DNA of 64,000 bases from IMG/VR virus record IMGVR_UViG_3300027541_000009, positions 62,001-126,000 of that record; one strand, given 5' to 3'. The notes under the pieces were generated by a model. The model worked only from the letters and a program-made list of their open reading frames with translations, did no database searches and was not told the DNA's origin. Positions 63,506-64,000 of this stretch are shown here, in pieces. Position 1 is the stretch's first letter; each line of letters opens with the position of its first letter. The translations under genes and the position numbers were made by a program.

Positions 63506-64000
63506 ATGAAGTATCTAACTGATTTTTGTAATAAAGCTTTAAACGGAAACCTAGATTCTGATAGGCATATTATTACAATTTTTTCAATCGCTTTGGCATC
63601 TAAAGGTTCTACATATGTTGAACTTGGTGTTAGGGAAGGACATACCACAGAACCTTTATATGAAGCAGCAAAGTTAAATAACGGACATCTGTGGTCTGTT
63701 GATCTTAATCCACCGTCAGAATTTAAACCAAATAATGGCAACTATACATTTCATCAAGGAGATAGTATCAAGTTCCTTGAAGATTGGCCTAAGGATAAAA
63801 AAATAGATGTTGTTTATGTCGATGACTGGCATTCATATCCTCATGTTAAAAAGCAGTTAGAACTTCTTGATGAATTAGTTGGTCCAACAAGTGTTATTCT
63901 TTTGCACGATTTGATGTATGGAAGCACTGACCCATTCTACCATTCTGATCTTACACTTAAAGATGGTCAATGGGCTGGTGGTGGTCCATATAGAGCAGTA
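63506..64000 (+). CDS. Class I SAM-dependent methyltransferase (truncated by window end; absent from the ORF track)
   Basis: Translated by hand: VELGVREG, SVD, GDS, YVDDWHSY and LLHD. Confidence 0.8.
   Translation, partial: MKYLTDFCNKALNGNLDSDRHIITIFSIALASKGSTYVELGVREGHTTEPLYEAAKLNNGHLWSVDLNPPSEFKPNNGNYTFHQGDSIKFLEDWPKDKKIDVVYVDDWHSYPHVKKQLELLDELVGPTSVILLHDLMYGSTDPFYHSDLTLKDGQWAGGGPYRAV

Noticed and set aside
707-63741. Numerous 60-125 aa minus-strand or nested ORFs in the ORF track
   Set aside because: They lie wholly within confidently assigned + strand genes and lack RBSs and motifs, as expected by chance in AT-rich DNA; only 46483..46914 is accepted on the minus strand.
1-64000. Stop-codon recoding or an alternative genetic code
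   Set aside because: Core genes are full-length under the standard bacterial code, TAA, TGA and TAG all act as stops, and no suppressor tRNA was seen.
1-64000. CRISPR array, integrase, transposase, reverse transcriptase/DGR, psbA/psbD/hli
   Set aside because: No regularly spaced repeats or diagnostic motifs were found by eye; photosystem genes may lie outside this window.

Overview
This is a 64 kb segment of a large, AT-rich T4-like myovirus, most likely a cyanomyophage. That call rests on gnd, an ndhP-like gene, mazG, hsp20 and the cyanophage-style gene order; a freshwater picocyanobacterial host is a guess. Nearly all genes are on the + strand. In order: (1) neck/tail/terminase/head module, gp14-gp23 and gp3 (1-13.9 kb); (2) recombination, late transcription and replication module with uvsY, uvsW, gp55, gp47, gp46, gp45, gp44, gp62, regA, hsp20, gp43, uvsX, gp41, mazG, gp61, nrdA and nrdB (13.9-40.8 kb); (3) an accessory block of large modular Lys/Glu-rich proteins, GIY-YIG nucleases and a lysozyme-like gene (40.8-50.5 kb); (4) 13 tRNA genes interleaved with unexplained structured RNAs, an HNH gene, dps, gnd and ndhP (50.5-55.8 kb); (5) a manA-like structured RNA with a duplicated 5' domain, then a glycan synthesis/modification island running off the end (56.9-64 kb). 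Best leads: (a) a family of proteins carrying T4-like capsid-targeting and prohead-protease signatures, suggesting proteolytically processed injected cargo that includes a nucleotidyltransferase, a HAD phosphatase and an HNH nuclease; (b) a cassette-like gene insertion bounded by duplicated domains of the manA-like RNA; (c) several non-tRNA structured RNAs and a non-canonical UAU tRNA in the tRNA array; (d) a perfect antisense sigma70 promoter upstream of gp55. All family calls come from motif recognition by eye; no database searches were run.
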